Positions 1 through 12,300 of a stretch of 64,000 nucleotides of DNA are shown in pieces. A program made the position numbers and the translations under genes. The notes under the pieces were generated by a model. That model saw nothing but the letters and a program-made list of their open reading frames with translations. It was not told the origin of the DNA and did not search any database. How positions within the stretch are numbered: position 1 is the first letter of the stretch; each line of letters starts with the position of its first letter. The DNA lies in assembly GCF_009914755.1 (NCBI RefSeq), contig NC_060930.1; one strand, 5' to 3'. The DNA comes from the human T2T-CHM13v2.0 reference genome, Homo sapiens.

Positions 1-2015
1 ACTCTGCTGACCTCCCATTCTCATCCTGCACTGACAGCAGGCCCCAAGAGAAGGCATACTGGGACACGCAAGAACACCTGGGCTCCTTGGTGCCACCAGA
101 GAGCAGGCCACAGGTGGACCACCGCAGCCCCTCTCTCTTGCCCTTGTTGCTTTTCCTGCCCTGGGATCCTGGGCTAGGGACAGTGGTCAGCTGCTTTTGA
201 AGAGGGGAGCTGTCCAAAGATGCTGGGACTTGCTTGAGCAGAGAGGAGACATAGACTTGGGTGGCCTGTCCTGGGTCAGGAAACAGGTTCTTCCTATCAC
301 CTCCCACTGCTACCCCCAGACCTAAAGAACTGAGATCTGTGGGGAGTGGACCTGAACGAACCTTGAAGTTTGTCCCAGAACCATTGCCTTGGTGAGGGCA
401 GACTCCACCTCGGCGGAAACCCCAGATGTGGACAGACATACCTCTCAGCTAAGATGCCAGCACATTTTTCAGCCCCCAGATTATTTTCCAGACGCATCCT
501 CTCCCTGCCCCTGTTCCCCAGCCCAGCTGCTGTCCTGAGCCCCAGGAGACAACCTCCCCCTTCCAAGACACCTTCCCCACAGCGCCCCCAGCCAGGCCTT
601 GGTTTTCCTGGTGCGGCTGGGATCTTTCAGGGGCCAGGGCTGCAGACCCAAGATGTGGTTCTTGCCCATCGTTCCCTCCTCTTACGGACTGGATTGGGAT
701 AGGGGTGGAGGCTCTGCTTCCTGGTTCCATCCTCCTCCAGGCCAGGTTTACAGGTCTGGTTTGAATGAAGGGAAGAAAGCAAAGGGAAGAGGAAAGTTTC
801 TGTGAGCTGTCTTCCCAGAGGCCTTATTCCCAGAAGTGTCAGGCTCCTGAACCCACACTTTCCTCTGATCCGATTTTACTCCTTAGCCCCAGGCCTAAGG
901 CAAAAGCTGGGCATCCTGGGGGCATAACAGGATTGGGGTGGTAGAGAAGGATAGGAGGGGACAGGTCCTAGCAGGGAGGGGAGCTTTGAGGGGGTGCTCT
1001 TGTCATGGGAAACTGAGCTGCCACAGAGATCTGAGTCACAGGAGGTGTTAAGGATAGATTGCAACAATTATGACACAACATCATGCGTGCTTATAAGACT
1101 ACAAAATAGTGTATTTTGCATTTTGTTTTCTGTCTATGAAGTCAAAAGGGTTAGAGTTACTCCCCTCATGTTGCTGATGGGGGAATGAAAGCTCAGAAAA
1201 AGAGGGTCCCCTGTATAAAGTAGCCCAGCAGTTCAGGAGCAGGGAAGAGAAAGGGGTGAAGGGCTGGGCTCTTGACCTAACACCTCCTACTCAGACGGGA
1301 CTGAAGGGAGACCTCTGAGAGTGAGCTGCTCACTGTCAGGTCTCGTGAGGCTGGAAACAGCATCCCTGCAGGTAGGGGGATGGCTGAGTTGACTTCTGAA
1401 GAAGGTGCCCTAGGCTACTCTTTCATTGCTGCTGGGAAGGCTCATTCCCCTACCCTGGTCCTTACCTCTCCAATACCCTGGTGAGGGAGCGGGCCTACTG
1501 AGGAGACAGGCAAGCCTTTGACACTCAAAGTTAAAATCAGACACAACTGGATTCAAATATAGGGTCTGCTATTAGCTGGTGATCTGGAGTTGGACACTTG
1601 GTTATCCCCAATACATGTCCTTATCTGTAAATAAGGATCATAAGCTCTATCACATAGGGTTATGGAGGGGATTGAGACACTGGCCCCTGAAATGGCAACT
1701 TTAGTCACTTTAGTCAAATGGCAGAACTGACCCATTTGTCCTTGGGGATCCAGAAGTGTTTTCCAGGGCTGCAGGATAGTATGAGAGAGGGGCTGTTGGA
1801 GACCCTGGGTCTCTGTACTCTAGTGAATGGCAGGTGGAGTCCAGGGCTGAGCCTTGATCAGTGCGGACATTGTTCTAAGCTGGGTTTCCTCCTGGACAGG
1901 ACCCAGGCTGGGGGCTGGGGCAGGAGCAACCAAGAAACCACATCCTGCCCTCGAATGCCTTGCACCAAGGCAAAACAGGCTTCCTCAGCTGCAGCCTGCC
2001 CCTAGGAAAATTCCT

Positions 2016-2570
2016 ATGTGTGTGTGGTGGTGGTGGTGGTTGGAGGAGGGGACAGAGATACAGACAGGTAGTCTGAGACAGACCAGGGGGAGAAGGGAGT
2101 AGGCTATATGAGCCCCCAGTTCCCAGGTATGTGTGAGTGACCCTGTGTGTAACAGTCTGTGTGGGAATGAGTCCCTGTGTGTGCAACATCTCAGCATGCA
2201 ACTGTACATCTGACAGTGTCTATGTTTTTGTGACCCTGCATATGATACTGTGTCTGTGGGAGGGTCTGTGTGTGTGTGTGGGGGGGCGGGCATCTTGGTG
2301 TGTGAATGGGTGTCAACTAGTGTGTGTCTATATGTGCAGGAGAGATAGTGTGCATGTGAGAGTGTCTGTGTGTTCCTCTGTGTGTGTGTGTTGGGGACAG
2401 TGTCTCAGCATGCGACTGTGTACCTGGCAGTCTGTGAGTGATTGTGTGTGGTGGGAGAGAGTCTGTGTCAGTGTCTCAGTATTGGGAATGTGCTTGGGGG
2501 CGTGTGTGATGATGCGTGTGACAGTGTGTCCACGTGGGGGTTTTTGTGACTGTAAGAACATGTGTGTAGT
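2016..2570. repeat. TG-rich low-complexity region
   Basis: Degenerate (TG)n runs throughout. Confidence 0.8.
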
Positions 2571-5500
2571 ATTCCTTTTCCTGTCCTTTCGTTCAGATAT
2601 CTAAAGCCCTTAGGGAAAAAAAATGGATTGTAAGCTCTGAGCTTTTGAAAAAAAAGAAAGAAAGAAAGAAAAACAAGGGGCGGTCAAAGAGACAGGGGTC
2701 TGTTGATGGAAGGGGTGATTTGACTTCTGGGAGGTGACACAGAGGAAGGAGGTTGGGGTCCTGGGAGGAGATGCCAGGGAACCTGAAGGGCTGGACTTAG
2801 TTGGGGGACTCCAGAAATTTGAGTTGGAATCCCTCCTTCCTCCTTCTGAGAGGCCTTCCTGCATGTCTCCCACCTCTGTGCCACCTCCTTCCCGTCACCA
2901 AAATGGTCCCCAGAGAAAGAAAGAATCTGATACACTTATTCGCACTGAGAAATAGGAGTGCCTTTCAGATTGGCAGCCAGTGTTTGGAGAGGGAGCCCCT
3001 TCCTGGGGTGTTGGAAAGCCCACCACCCCGGGGGCTTCCACTCCACCTGCTTCCTTCTCTGCTGTCCTTCCTTCCAACGCTGCCTGCTTGTACAGGGCTT
3101 GAGAAGTCACAAAGATTTTCACCTGCTTTATCTTGTTGGATCTGTGCAGTTTGAGAAGAATGATATGCCCATTTTATGGACGGCAGAACTGGCAACTGAT
3201 GAGGAAACTGAGGTCCTAAAAGATAAATCGTGTCCCACAGTCCTGCATTAACAGAGCTGGGATTTAGACCAAGAACTTATAAATCGCTGTCCAGTGCTCC
3301 TTCCTGTAGACCACACCACTCCCTCCTGGTGTCCTCTTTCCTGTCTCCTGCTTCCTCCAAAAACTCCTGAATCTGAGGGATGCCCCTTCCTTCTTGTAAC
3401 CTCCAACCCAGGTGTCGTCTCCACGTGCCTTCATCCACCTCAGAGAGATCCCATGAAGCCTGTCAAGTCTTGATTCTAGAAACTGCCATCCTGCCCTTCC
3501 CATGGCCCTTTAGACCCCCTCTGACCGCTGCTTTGCTCTCCTGGTCAGCTCTGCTGCCTTGTGAGGGACAGGGACATCTGGATTGCATCCTTCCCGCTAC
3601 CCAGAACCCACAGCCCCACCTTGTCAGGCTTGCAGCAGGGACTTATGTTGTGGGAGGATGAAATGGAGGAGTGGGGGACACTGGTGGGCAGGGCCTTGCC
3701 CCTCCTCACAGGGCATGGGGTCCAAAGCTTCCTCCCTGCTTCACTTTGCCATTGGCTGTGGTTACTGCTGGAAGATCTCACAAATTAAGCAGAATGATTG
3801 GTCATTGGACATGAACATATATTCATTTCCTCTTTCTGGGAATATGTTGATCCTAGAAGTGAGGAAGGGGTGGGGCCCCAGTCCCCAGGAAGCCTGGTCA
3901 CTCCCTCCCACTCTGCCCTTTCCACTAAACAGTAGAAATCATGGGGATTGCTGCCATTGACTGAGCCTTCTCCATGTGCCCACCATCCTAAGCATTAACT
4001 CAGTCCCCACAGCCATCCCATGGGGGAGGGGCTGCTGTTCCCTTTTGCACAAGTGTAAGCTGAGCCTAAAACATACAACTCTTGCACTCGGTTGCAAACC
4101 TAATATCTGGGTGACCCAGGTCCAGGCCCAGATCTGAGCCCAAGGCCAGGGTTGTTCAGCCTCCACTATGTTACCTGGGCACCCAGGCCCTATGGCACTG
4201 GGTGGCCCTAGCCTCATTTACTCAGTCTTTCCCCAGACCAGAACCTCCCATCTGTCCCAGGGCCCACCACCACTCTCTCCCTGCCCCAAAAAATCCTCCT
4301 GATAACAGTCCACAGCTCTCTTCTGCTCTCCGGAGCACTGATGTCCCCACCTTTGTACCTTTTCCCTGCTGTGCCCTCCTGCTGAAGTGCCCGCCCTCCT
4401 CCTTGCTAGCCCAGTCTGCCTCCAACCCCCTTCACCCCAGCCCCACCTCACAGTCCCCAATCCCTCAGGCCTCTTGAGTCTGCACTGAACCCTGCCCCAA
4501 CCACTCCCTGAACACTTTCACCCACTGCCTTCCCTGTTATGTCACTTGTCCTGTAAAGCATTGACCCCCGAGTAGCCTGAAGACTCTCTCAGGCAGGGCT
4601 CCTGCAGTCACCTTTATACTCCCTGCATTCCCCTCCACCCACGACCACCCAGAACCTGGCACAGTTATGGTTTCTGTAAATACGAGGCGTGGGAGAGGCC
4701 AGAAGTCTGGGTAGTTTGCACTGTGTGTGCCTGCAGGGGTGGGATGAAGGCTCGAAGGTATTTAGAAGCCCTGATCTGGTGTAGGGAGGGGACAAGATAC
4801 TCTTACTGTCAGGAATCCCTCACCTAAGGGGGAGCCACAGCCCCATCCTCAGGAAGCTCCAGTCTGAGGGGAGACACAGCCCCGTCCTCAGGGAGCCCCA
4901 GTCTGAATATAGTTTTATGTCCACAGCTCTGCTCAGAGTAGGTGACAGCGCTGCCCTGGGGTGCAGGAGGCCAGATTGGCCTTCATGGCGCTGTCGTTAA
5001 CCCCTCCCCCCGCCTCTGGGAAGAACTGGCTTCCATACCTCTCTGCCTGCCCCAGACACACCTTCTGCCCCAGTTCCCAGCAGTGACCTTGTGTGTGGTC
5101 TGCTTTCATTCTAGAAACAGAAACCAAGGGGGATTTCTCCGTCTCTCTGCCCTCCACCCCCAGCAGCTGCTGCATTTAGGGGCAGCATGGAAGAGCCCTT
5201 TACCCGGAGAAGAGGGAAGAAGTGAGAAGGGAAACGGGGCGGTGGGGGTTGATCCACCAGGACTTGCTCTGATGAAAACTGTGCCACCTCCTCAGCTGTG
5301 GCTAATGTCATGGACAACACCTTTGCAGCTGTTATGTTTGATTTCTTGTTCTTTTTTTCCCCAAGCAAATACAGTTGACCTTTGCCCTCAGAAGAGCTCT
5401 GTCCTTCAGGGTAGCCCCTGCCGCCTTGGCACACTTATGCCAAGGATGCTGCTGGGGCTTAAAGTGAGCTGGGCCCTTCCATGGGGCCTCCGAGGCAGCA

Positions 5501-6781
5501 AGGGGTGAGCAAGGCAACCCAAGTCTCTCAGGGAGGTGTGTGATAAGCCAGCTAGAACCCGAGACTGGATCCAGCATGTGCCCAGCACGCTACAAGGCAA
5601 GGGGGCAAGCTTCTAAAAAGAAGCTATTTTAATTTCAGCACACGTGGACATTTTTGTGATTTCAAAAAGCAAAATGTTGTTTTAAATTATGTATGGGTCC
5701 TACATTTTATACATGGGGCTCTTGGGTCATTTCAGCATCTGCAGCCTCTGAAGGACGAATATTTATAATTTTTAAGGCTGTTCAGGAAAAAACTAAAAAG
5801 AACGACAACCCCAAGACATAGCTGAAGGAAGTGCACAAAAACACTCAGAAGGAATGGTGGATTCTCAGTGGGATGGGTCTGTTTGGGTCTGTGTGCTGAA
5901 AAGCCATTTCGGTGACCTCACTGGAAGTGGAGGCTCAGCTCTCCCTACTCACAGGTGAGAGGGATCCCTCCCATTGCACGTGTGACTTCAGTGTTCTGGA
6001 ACCTCCCTGACCCCTTCACCTCATGTCCTCAGGACTCTTCCTTTGGGTGGATAGAAGCTGGGTTGAATATTAGATTTGGTTGCTGTGTCAGAGGGGAGCA
6101 CGGGGAGGGGGTGGGGGGGGCTGTGTTGAGTGCATCTGTAAGTGAGTGCGTTTTGGAGGAGGAATGCTAATGGCAGACATCCCAGCTCTTTGTAGCCCTG
6201 AACGCCACTACTCTCCCCGGCCCCCGCACACCTTGCGATATTCTACCATGGTCACTGATCTGAAGGACTCCAGATTCTAGCCTTAACTCTGCTTCCTGGG
6301 GGGGCTGTGCACCCTTGATTCAGTTCCTCTCCCACTCTGGCCTGTGTGTCTTCTTCTAGAATGGTTGAAAGTGCAAGAAGCCCTCAGGCAGGCTGACTAG
6401 GCGCCAGAAGGAGCTTAGAGTCCTGGGCCCTCAGAAAGTCTCTCTCCTAAGTGAGATCAGAGATCACAAATGAGACACACACGCTCCTTTCCTCCTTCAC
6501 CCACCCACCTCCCCAAAAGCATCAATTTAGCAGACATTTGCTGGGTGCTCGTGACACATCAAGCTATGCACCCTGGGAGGAATGAAGATGTCAAACCATC
6601 CACCTGGGGCCCCTGGGTGGCAGTGACTTATTCTCACTCTCTTTCAGAGGTGGCTGATGCCTGGCAGAATTTGGGGCTTTGAGGTTTCATGGAGATTGAG
6701 AAACCAAGTGTGTTAGGGGGTGAGGGGGCAGGAGAGGGGCTGGCTGAACCCACAGGCCTCCCATATATGCCCTCCCCCCAG

Positions 6782-6878
6782 GGTGCCACTGTGTCCCTCT
6801 GGGAGACGGTGCAGAAATGGCGAGAATACCGACGCCAGTGCCAGCGCTCCCTGACTGAGGATCCACCTCCTGCCACAG
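6782..6878 (+). CDS. GLP1R: GLP1R coding exon 2 (extracellular domain N-terminal helix)
   Basis: Translates [32 protein letters not shown]; acceptor cccccag at 6780-81, donor GTGAGT at 6879; 97 nt. Exon 1 (signal peptide) lies upstream of the window. Confidence 0.98.
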
Positions 6879-7856
6879 GTGAGTCCATGTAGGCTCCCCA
6901 CCTTTAGTGCTCCCCACCCAACCAACTTCTGGAGGACTTTGATGAACTCAATGTCCATGGCTGGGAGCCATTTGCCTCTATAGGATGCCACCCCTGCCCT
7001 CTGCCTTCATCTCATTGTCCAAGCTACTCCTTCACCTGGATACCTTCCTTTCTGCCGACCAAAATCTTCCTTTTCTTCAAAGTCCGCGGAAGCACTGCCT
7101 CCTCCAGAAAATCTTCCCCAGGACTTCTGCCATCATTTGGCCCTTACTCGTTTGCTGTAGTCTGCTTTGGGGTTGCTGTCTTATTTCTGTCTTAGCTGTC
7201 TTATCTGTGTGTCCTTCCCTGCACCGCCGGCCAGCCCCCCAGCTAGAGCCTCTCAGAGCAGGCACCCGGCCTTTCCATTTTTGTCCTCAGCACCTCCCAG
7301 CCTGTGCATGGACTGAGGGCTCCACAAACATATTTATAGGAATAAATGTTTCAGGGAGTTCACAAGGTGGTTTAAAGAGCACGGGATTGGAGCCCGCTGG
7401 GCCTAGGTTGAAATCCTGACTGTAATTATAACACGTGACCTAAAGAAGGTTATCTTAAGTGAGATCAGAAGGAAGGTAAGCTAACATTTCCCTCTAATCT
7501 GTGAAGTGCAATTTAAGAATAGGCCCATAGGGATTTTTCATTGAGCACGTACTATGTTCCATTATCTGTGTAGCATATAGTCTTGATCCCACAAAACCCT
7601 ATGGGGCTGGAAATACTCCTGTTTTACAGATCAGGAAACAGACATTAAGTTACTTGCTCAAGGTCCTGCCACTGATAAGTGGCAAGTGCCCCTGCTTGGC
7701 TCTTGCTGGGTGGGGAAAGTGCTTGGCATACAGTAAGCATTCAGCAGAGGTTAGTGGCATGCAGCCTCCGAGGAGGGGAGGGGTCTTGGGGAAGGGAGGG
7801 AAAGGGCCATGGCCAGTCACAAGCAGGGACTCAGAGACTGTTCTTTCTGCTCCCAG

Positions 7857-7964
7857 ACTTGTTCTGCAACCGGACCTTCGATGAATACGCCTGCTGGCCA
7901 GATGGGGAGCCAGGCTCGTTCGTGAATGTCAGCTGCCCCTGGTACCTGCCCTGGGCCAGCAGTG
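7857..7964 (+). CDS. GLP1R: GLP1R coding exon 3 (ECD)
   Basis: (D)[35 protein letters not shown], the class B GPCR hormone-binding motif; tcccag acceptor, GTGAGC donor at 7965; 108 nt. Confidence 0.98.
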
Positions 7965-8333
7965 GTGAGCCCCCTCCCCGACCTGGTACCTGCCCTGGGC
8001 CAGCAGTGGTGAACCCCCTCCCCGACCTGGTATCTGCCCTGGGCCAGCAGTGGTGAGCCCCCTCCCCGACCTGATACCTGCCCTGGGCCAGCAGTGGTGA
8101 GCCCCCTCCCTGACCTGGTACCTGCCCTGGGCCAGCAGTGGTGAGCCCCCTCCCTAACCTGGTACCTGCCGTGGGTCAGCAGTGGTGAGCCCCCTCCCTA
8201 ACCTGGTACCTGCCGTGGGTCAGCAGTGGTGAGCCCCCTCCCTAACCTGGTACCTGCCGTGGGTCAGCAGTGGTGAGCCCCCTCCCTGACCTGGTACCTG
8301 CCCTGGGTCAGCAGTGGTGAGCTCCCTCCCCCA
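7938..8333 (+). repeat. 44-bp minisatellite, 9 copies, spanning the exon 3/intron 3 boundary
   Basis: Unit CCTGGTACCTGCCCTGGGCCAGCAGTGGTGAGCCCCCTCCCCGA; copies start at 7938, 7982, 8026, 8070, 8114, 8158, 8202, 8246, 8290. Confidence 0.97.
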
Positions 8334-9071
8334 CCGTCCCCTGTATCGAGGAGGCTGAGGTCAAGGCGCTGCTTCCTTTCCTCTGAGACACAGCCCTCCC
8401 CACCCAGAATGTCTTTAGGCCTCCTAGTGAGTGGTCCGCCTGCCTTTCCTGGGGTGAGGGGAGCAGTCAGTAGTGATAAGTTTCATGATGGCCTGAGGTA
8501 CCACCTGGGTCTGGGCATGAGGCCAGTGCTGGCCAGTGTGTGGGGAAGGGAAAGTAAGTGTCTGAAGAGAAATGCGACCCCTTCCAATTCAGTAGTCAGG
8601 AAAAGAGCTGGGTGGGGACAGACTCTTGCGGGGAGGGAAGCTACCCAGGGTGTCTGCTGTGTGTATACATGTATGTATGATATGTGTATGCAGGTGGCCC
8701 ATACCTGGCAGTGACATTTAGCTACTTCCTCACTCTTTAGAGGTTCACTGGGAGAAGTGATCAGGGCATTGGTGGGGTGACGAACCCCACCAGACTCAGC
8801 CCTCCTCAGCTCACTCCTGCCTGCAAGGGGGACCTTGTACTGGGGAAGATGTGACTGGGTAGGTGGGAAGGTCATTTCATTGGGGGTACAGAGATTTGCA
8901 GAGGCTGCAAGAGGATCCCTGACTGGAGGGTTAGTTAATGTGCCCCGCTATCTATCCCAGCCTCCCTTGCTGAGCCCAGTTTCACCCAGGCACCGTGGAG
9001 GATAACAGGAGACAAGCACCCTCATGGCAAGGAGCTCCCAGTCTCCATAAGGGGAGAAAAGATATTTCCCT

Positions 9072-9121
9072 ATCATCATCATCATCATCATCATCACCAT
9101 CACCATCATCATCGTCATCAT
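9072..9121. repeat. (ATC)n microsatellite at a MIR end
   Basis: atcatcatcatc...caccatcaccatcatcatcgtcatca. Confidence 0.9.
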
Positions 9122-9310
9122 AGCCAGCATTTATTGAGTACCTACTGTGTGCCAAGTCCTGCCCTAAAAGCAGGGCTTTATAACTATCCTGTGGTTATAC
9201 CTGCTGTACAGATGAGGAAACTGAAGCACAAAAAGTTTAAGTCACTTGTTCCAAATGATGTGGTCAATGGCAGAGCCAGGATTTGAATCCAATTCGTGCT
9301 CCTATCATCA
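9122..9310 (-). mobile_element. MIR (example; similar MIRs near 1530-1670, 7530-7690, 9620-9780, 12100-12290, 13160-13330, 23690-23900, 32140-32310, 34540-34730, 58600-58760)
   Basis: MIR core cagatgaggaaactgaagcaca..ttaagtcacttgttccaa..ggcagagccaggatttgaa. Confidence 0.7.
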
Positions 9311-12300
9311 CACCTTGAAGGGGCTGGAGCCCAAGCAGCAACTGGCCCAGAAGCAAGTGCGGGCATGAGGTTATGCTCTGGGGAAGCCAGGTGTCTTCCT
9401 GGAGGAGGTGGCCTGGTGGGGCCCAATGTAAGCTTCACCTTGGCACGTGGGACTGAAGTCAGATGAGGCCCAGGCTGGTCTCCTAAAAGTACTGTCTCCT
9501 TGTCCACACTCACAGTACACTCACCTCTCCCCAAGGAGCAGGGAGAGCCTGGGCCTAGAAGGAGGCAGGAGCCTGGGCCCATCAGTGGCCTGCCTTCTCC
9601 AATACTGCCTGTTGGAAGCACTTTCCGTGCTACACTCTTTTCATCCTCACAACCCTCTGAGGCAAGTACTCTGATTACCCTCCCATTTTCAGATGGGGAA
9701 ACTAAGGCACAGAGGTGCTCAGTGACTTTTGCAAGCTCACACAGCCATTAGTGGGCGACCCAGAAGCTTGGTTTAGAGTCAGTGTGGCTAATTGCTACAC
9801 CAAAGTCTTCCTTGGGGGTGTGTGTGTGTGCCCTTGCATGTGGCTCTGGCCTGGAGACAGGTGAGTGATCTGGATGCCCTCTGCTGTCTGGGCACACCTC
9901 TAGGGACAGGGATGAGCTGTCTGCCCTCTCCTATGAACTCTGCAATCTGGTGGTTCTGCTGACTAGCCGTGTAAGCAGGAGCAAGTTGCCAGACCTCTCT
10001 GTGCCTTGGTTGACTCATCTGGGAGATGGTATAGAGCCAAGTGACATGGGTGTCGGGAGGACCACAGGGCCTTGAGAAATGGTAGCTGTTAATTTTTCCC
10101 ACCTCCCTACATACCTCCCTGACTTCCTGCAATACACACACTTTCTCTGCCTCCCATAGATTTGAGACTGGCAGCTTGGCCAGCGTCTGCTGGGCCTCTA
10201 GACCCCAGGGAGCCAGGCGTAGGACAGGGCCCATCACTCAGCACTAAGCCACCCCCAGCTCTGCCTGCCGCTTGCAGCTCCATCCATCACCTTTAATTTT
10301 ATTTGAGCAGGAAATAGGTCCTGGTGGTGCCCGTTTATGAGCAAACATGGTTTTATTGCTTTCTCCATGAAGATAACGGCCACTGCACAGGCCCCCTGCC
10401 AGCCTTTCCCCAACCCCGTCCCCCTGCCACTCACCAGGCTAATTTACTCCCTTTTTTGACACTTGGAATCACCGACTCTGCTGCCCTCTCCTCACTCCCT
10501 GAGTTACGGATGCTCAGAGACAACTACCACAGGCTCAAGCTGCGTAATTGCTGCCTCTGGCCTGTCCTGGAGCTTTCCTTGGCAAAGGTTGGCAGCGGAG
10601 GCTTCCCTGACCCCCACCCAGGTGTGTGGGAGCAGTTCTGAAGAAGGGGACAGTTCTGGAGCTTTCTTGGGCTGATCAAGCGAGTAGCCTGTGGAGAAAC
10701 GTCACAGTGTGCCCTGGTGTCAAGGAGAAGGAAGGGAGTTATCTCAGGCAGGGTCCTGGCAGAAAACATGCTCAGTTGGCAATTTGGAGAGAATTTAATG
10801 TTGGGGAGGGGTCATTTTCAGAGGCTGGCAAGGTAAAGGGACCAATGAGGCATATAAAGCACCAGGGACTACAACAATGGAAAGCTTGAGCACCCCTAGA
10901 CCTGAGAAGGAAGGGACAAGAATGGGGCTGGGGGGTCCCCATGACAGCTGGGCTACAATGGAGAAGCCACCCAGCAGGGCTGTGGCCACAGAGGGGACAA
11001 AGTCACAGGCAGACTTCAAATCAAGGCAGGGAGGGAGCAGGGGAGAACACCCAGCCTCTCTCTCCCTCTGCCCTTCCATCTTCTGCCAATGCCTCCCACT
11101 GGCCCAACCCAACAGAGGCCAGGGAAGCCGAGGGGTGCTGTCCCATGGCTCAGGCTTCTAGAGTTCAGAATGGAGCAGAGGAGTGGTGATCTGAGAAACA
11201 GCAAAAGTCAAAACAATCACCAGACCCCTGAGCTGGGTTGTGTTAGGAGCTAGGGTTGCCACTGAGACCTTAGAGGTGTGTGAGTGTGTGCATTGGGGAG
11301 AAGGGGTAACCCCCCTCCATGGAGCTGAAGGTCGGCTCAGCAGCCCAGGCAGTGGTACTGAGGGAGGCCAGAGCCACCCCTTCTGCCAGGAGTGTGGCGG
11401 CATTAGGAAGGCTTCCAGGGACAGGTGACACTGGGGCCAGACGTGAAAGAACAGGCAGATGCAGAAGGGAAAAGGAAGCTCCTCCAAGGAATGAGGGTTC
11501 CAGGCAGCACCCTGGACATGGGGCCAGGCCACGGGCCTCGGAACTACGCAGTGTTCTGGAGAAGCCAGCCAAGCCCTTGAATTCTGACCCCTCTAATTGA
11601 GAACTTGGGTCTCAGGATTGTGCAGAGAGAGCAGGAGCAGATGAGTCAAAGACAGAAGATATTCAAAGGAAATGGCTGGTACAAACGAGACTGGGAGGAG
11701 AAGGCTGAAGTGGCTTCAGAGAGCCTGTTGGCCGCCCGAGGGCCCTTCAGCAGCCTCGTTTACCCACAAACAGCTGATCTGCTTGTTACAAATCATTCCA
11801 GCCTCATTAGCTACACCTCCTCCTGATCCCTACCTGTTTGTTAGCTTAGTTCTAATTATATGAGAGTCATAAAATGCTTTAAAAATAACCTATAACTCAC
11901 AGTTCTTGGAAACTCTGGCGGGTGCCTCCCCTGAGTAATGTGGAGCCTGGGGGTTTTTACGACAGCCTGGGGTTGCCAAGGGGAAACTGAGGCCCAAGCT
12001 TGTCCCCAGAGGAGTTCTGGCTGAAGTGGTGTCACAAGCTCCATCTCCAGCCTCAGTGAAGGAGTGCCCCTTCAAGAAACCGGCATGGGGGAGGATGTTT
12101 CAAAGGTCTACTATGTACCGGGCACTTCACATGCTTTATCTTCTGGGAAGTCATTATGCTTCCCATTTTACAGATAAGGAAACTGAGGCCTGAGGATGTG
12201 AAGGGACATGCTCAACATCCCACAGCTGGTTGAAGGCAGAACCAGGATTTGAACTTGAGTCTGTGTTGTTCAGAACCTGAGCTCCTTCTCCTAAGCCCTG

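Noticed and set aside
2137-2604. Cys/Val-rich 155-aa ORF resembling a metallothionein or keratin-associated protein
   Set aside because: Translation of degenerate (TG)n sequence; the same applies to ORFs over 14324-14394 and 36589-36630.
6093-6120. G-quadruplex-like G runs in intron 1 (also ~58810-58868)
   Set aside because: Such motifs are frequent in GC-rich introns, and nothing supports a specific role.
6448-7469. 14-mer TAAGTGAGATCAGA repeated on both sides of exon 2
   Set aside because: Several exact 14-mer matches are expected by chance in 64 kb, and the match does not extend.
7938-8333. CRISPR-like regular repeat
   Set aside because: Units are contiguous with no unique spacers, there are no cas genes, and the context is a human gene; it is a minisatellite.
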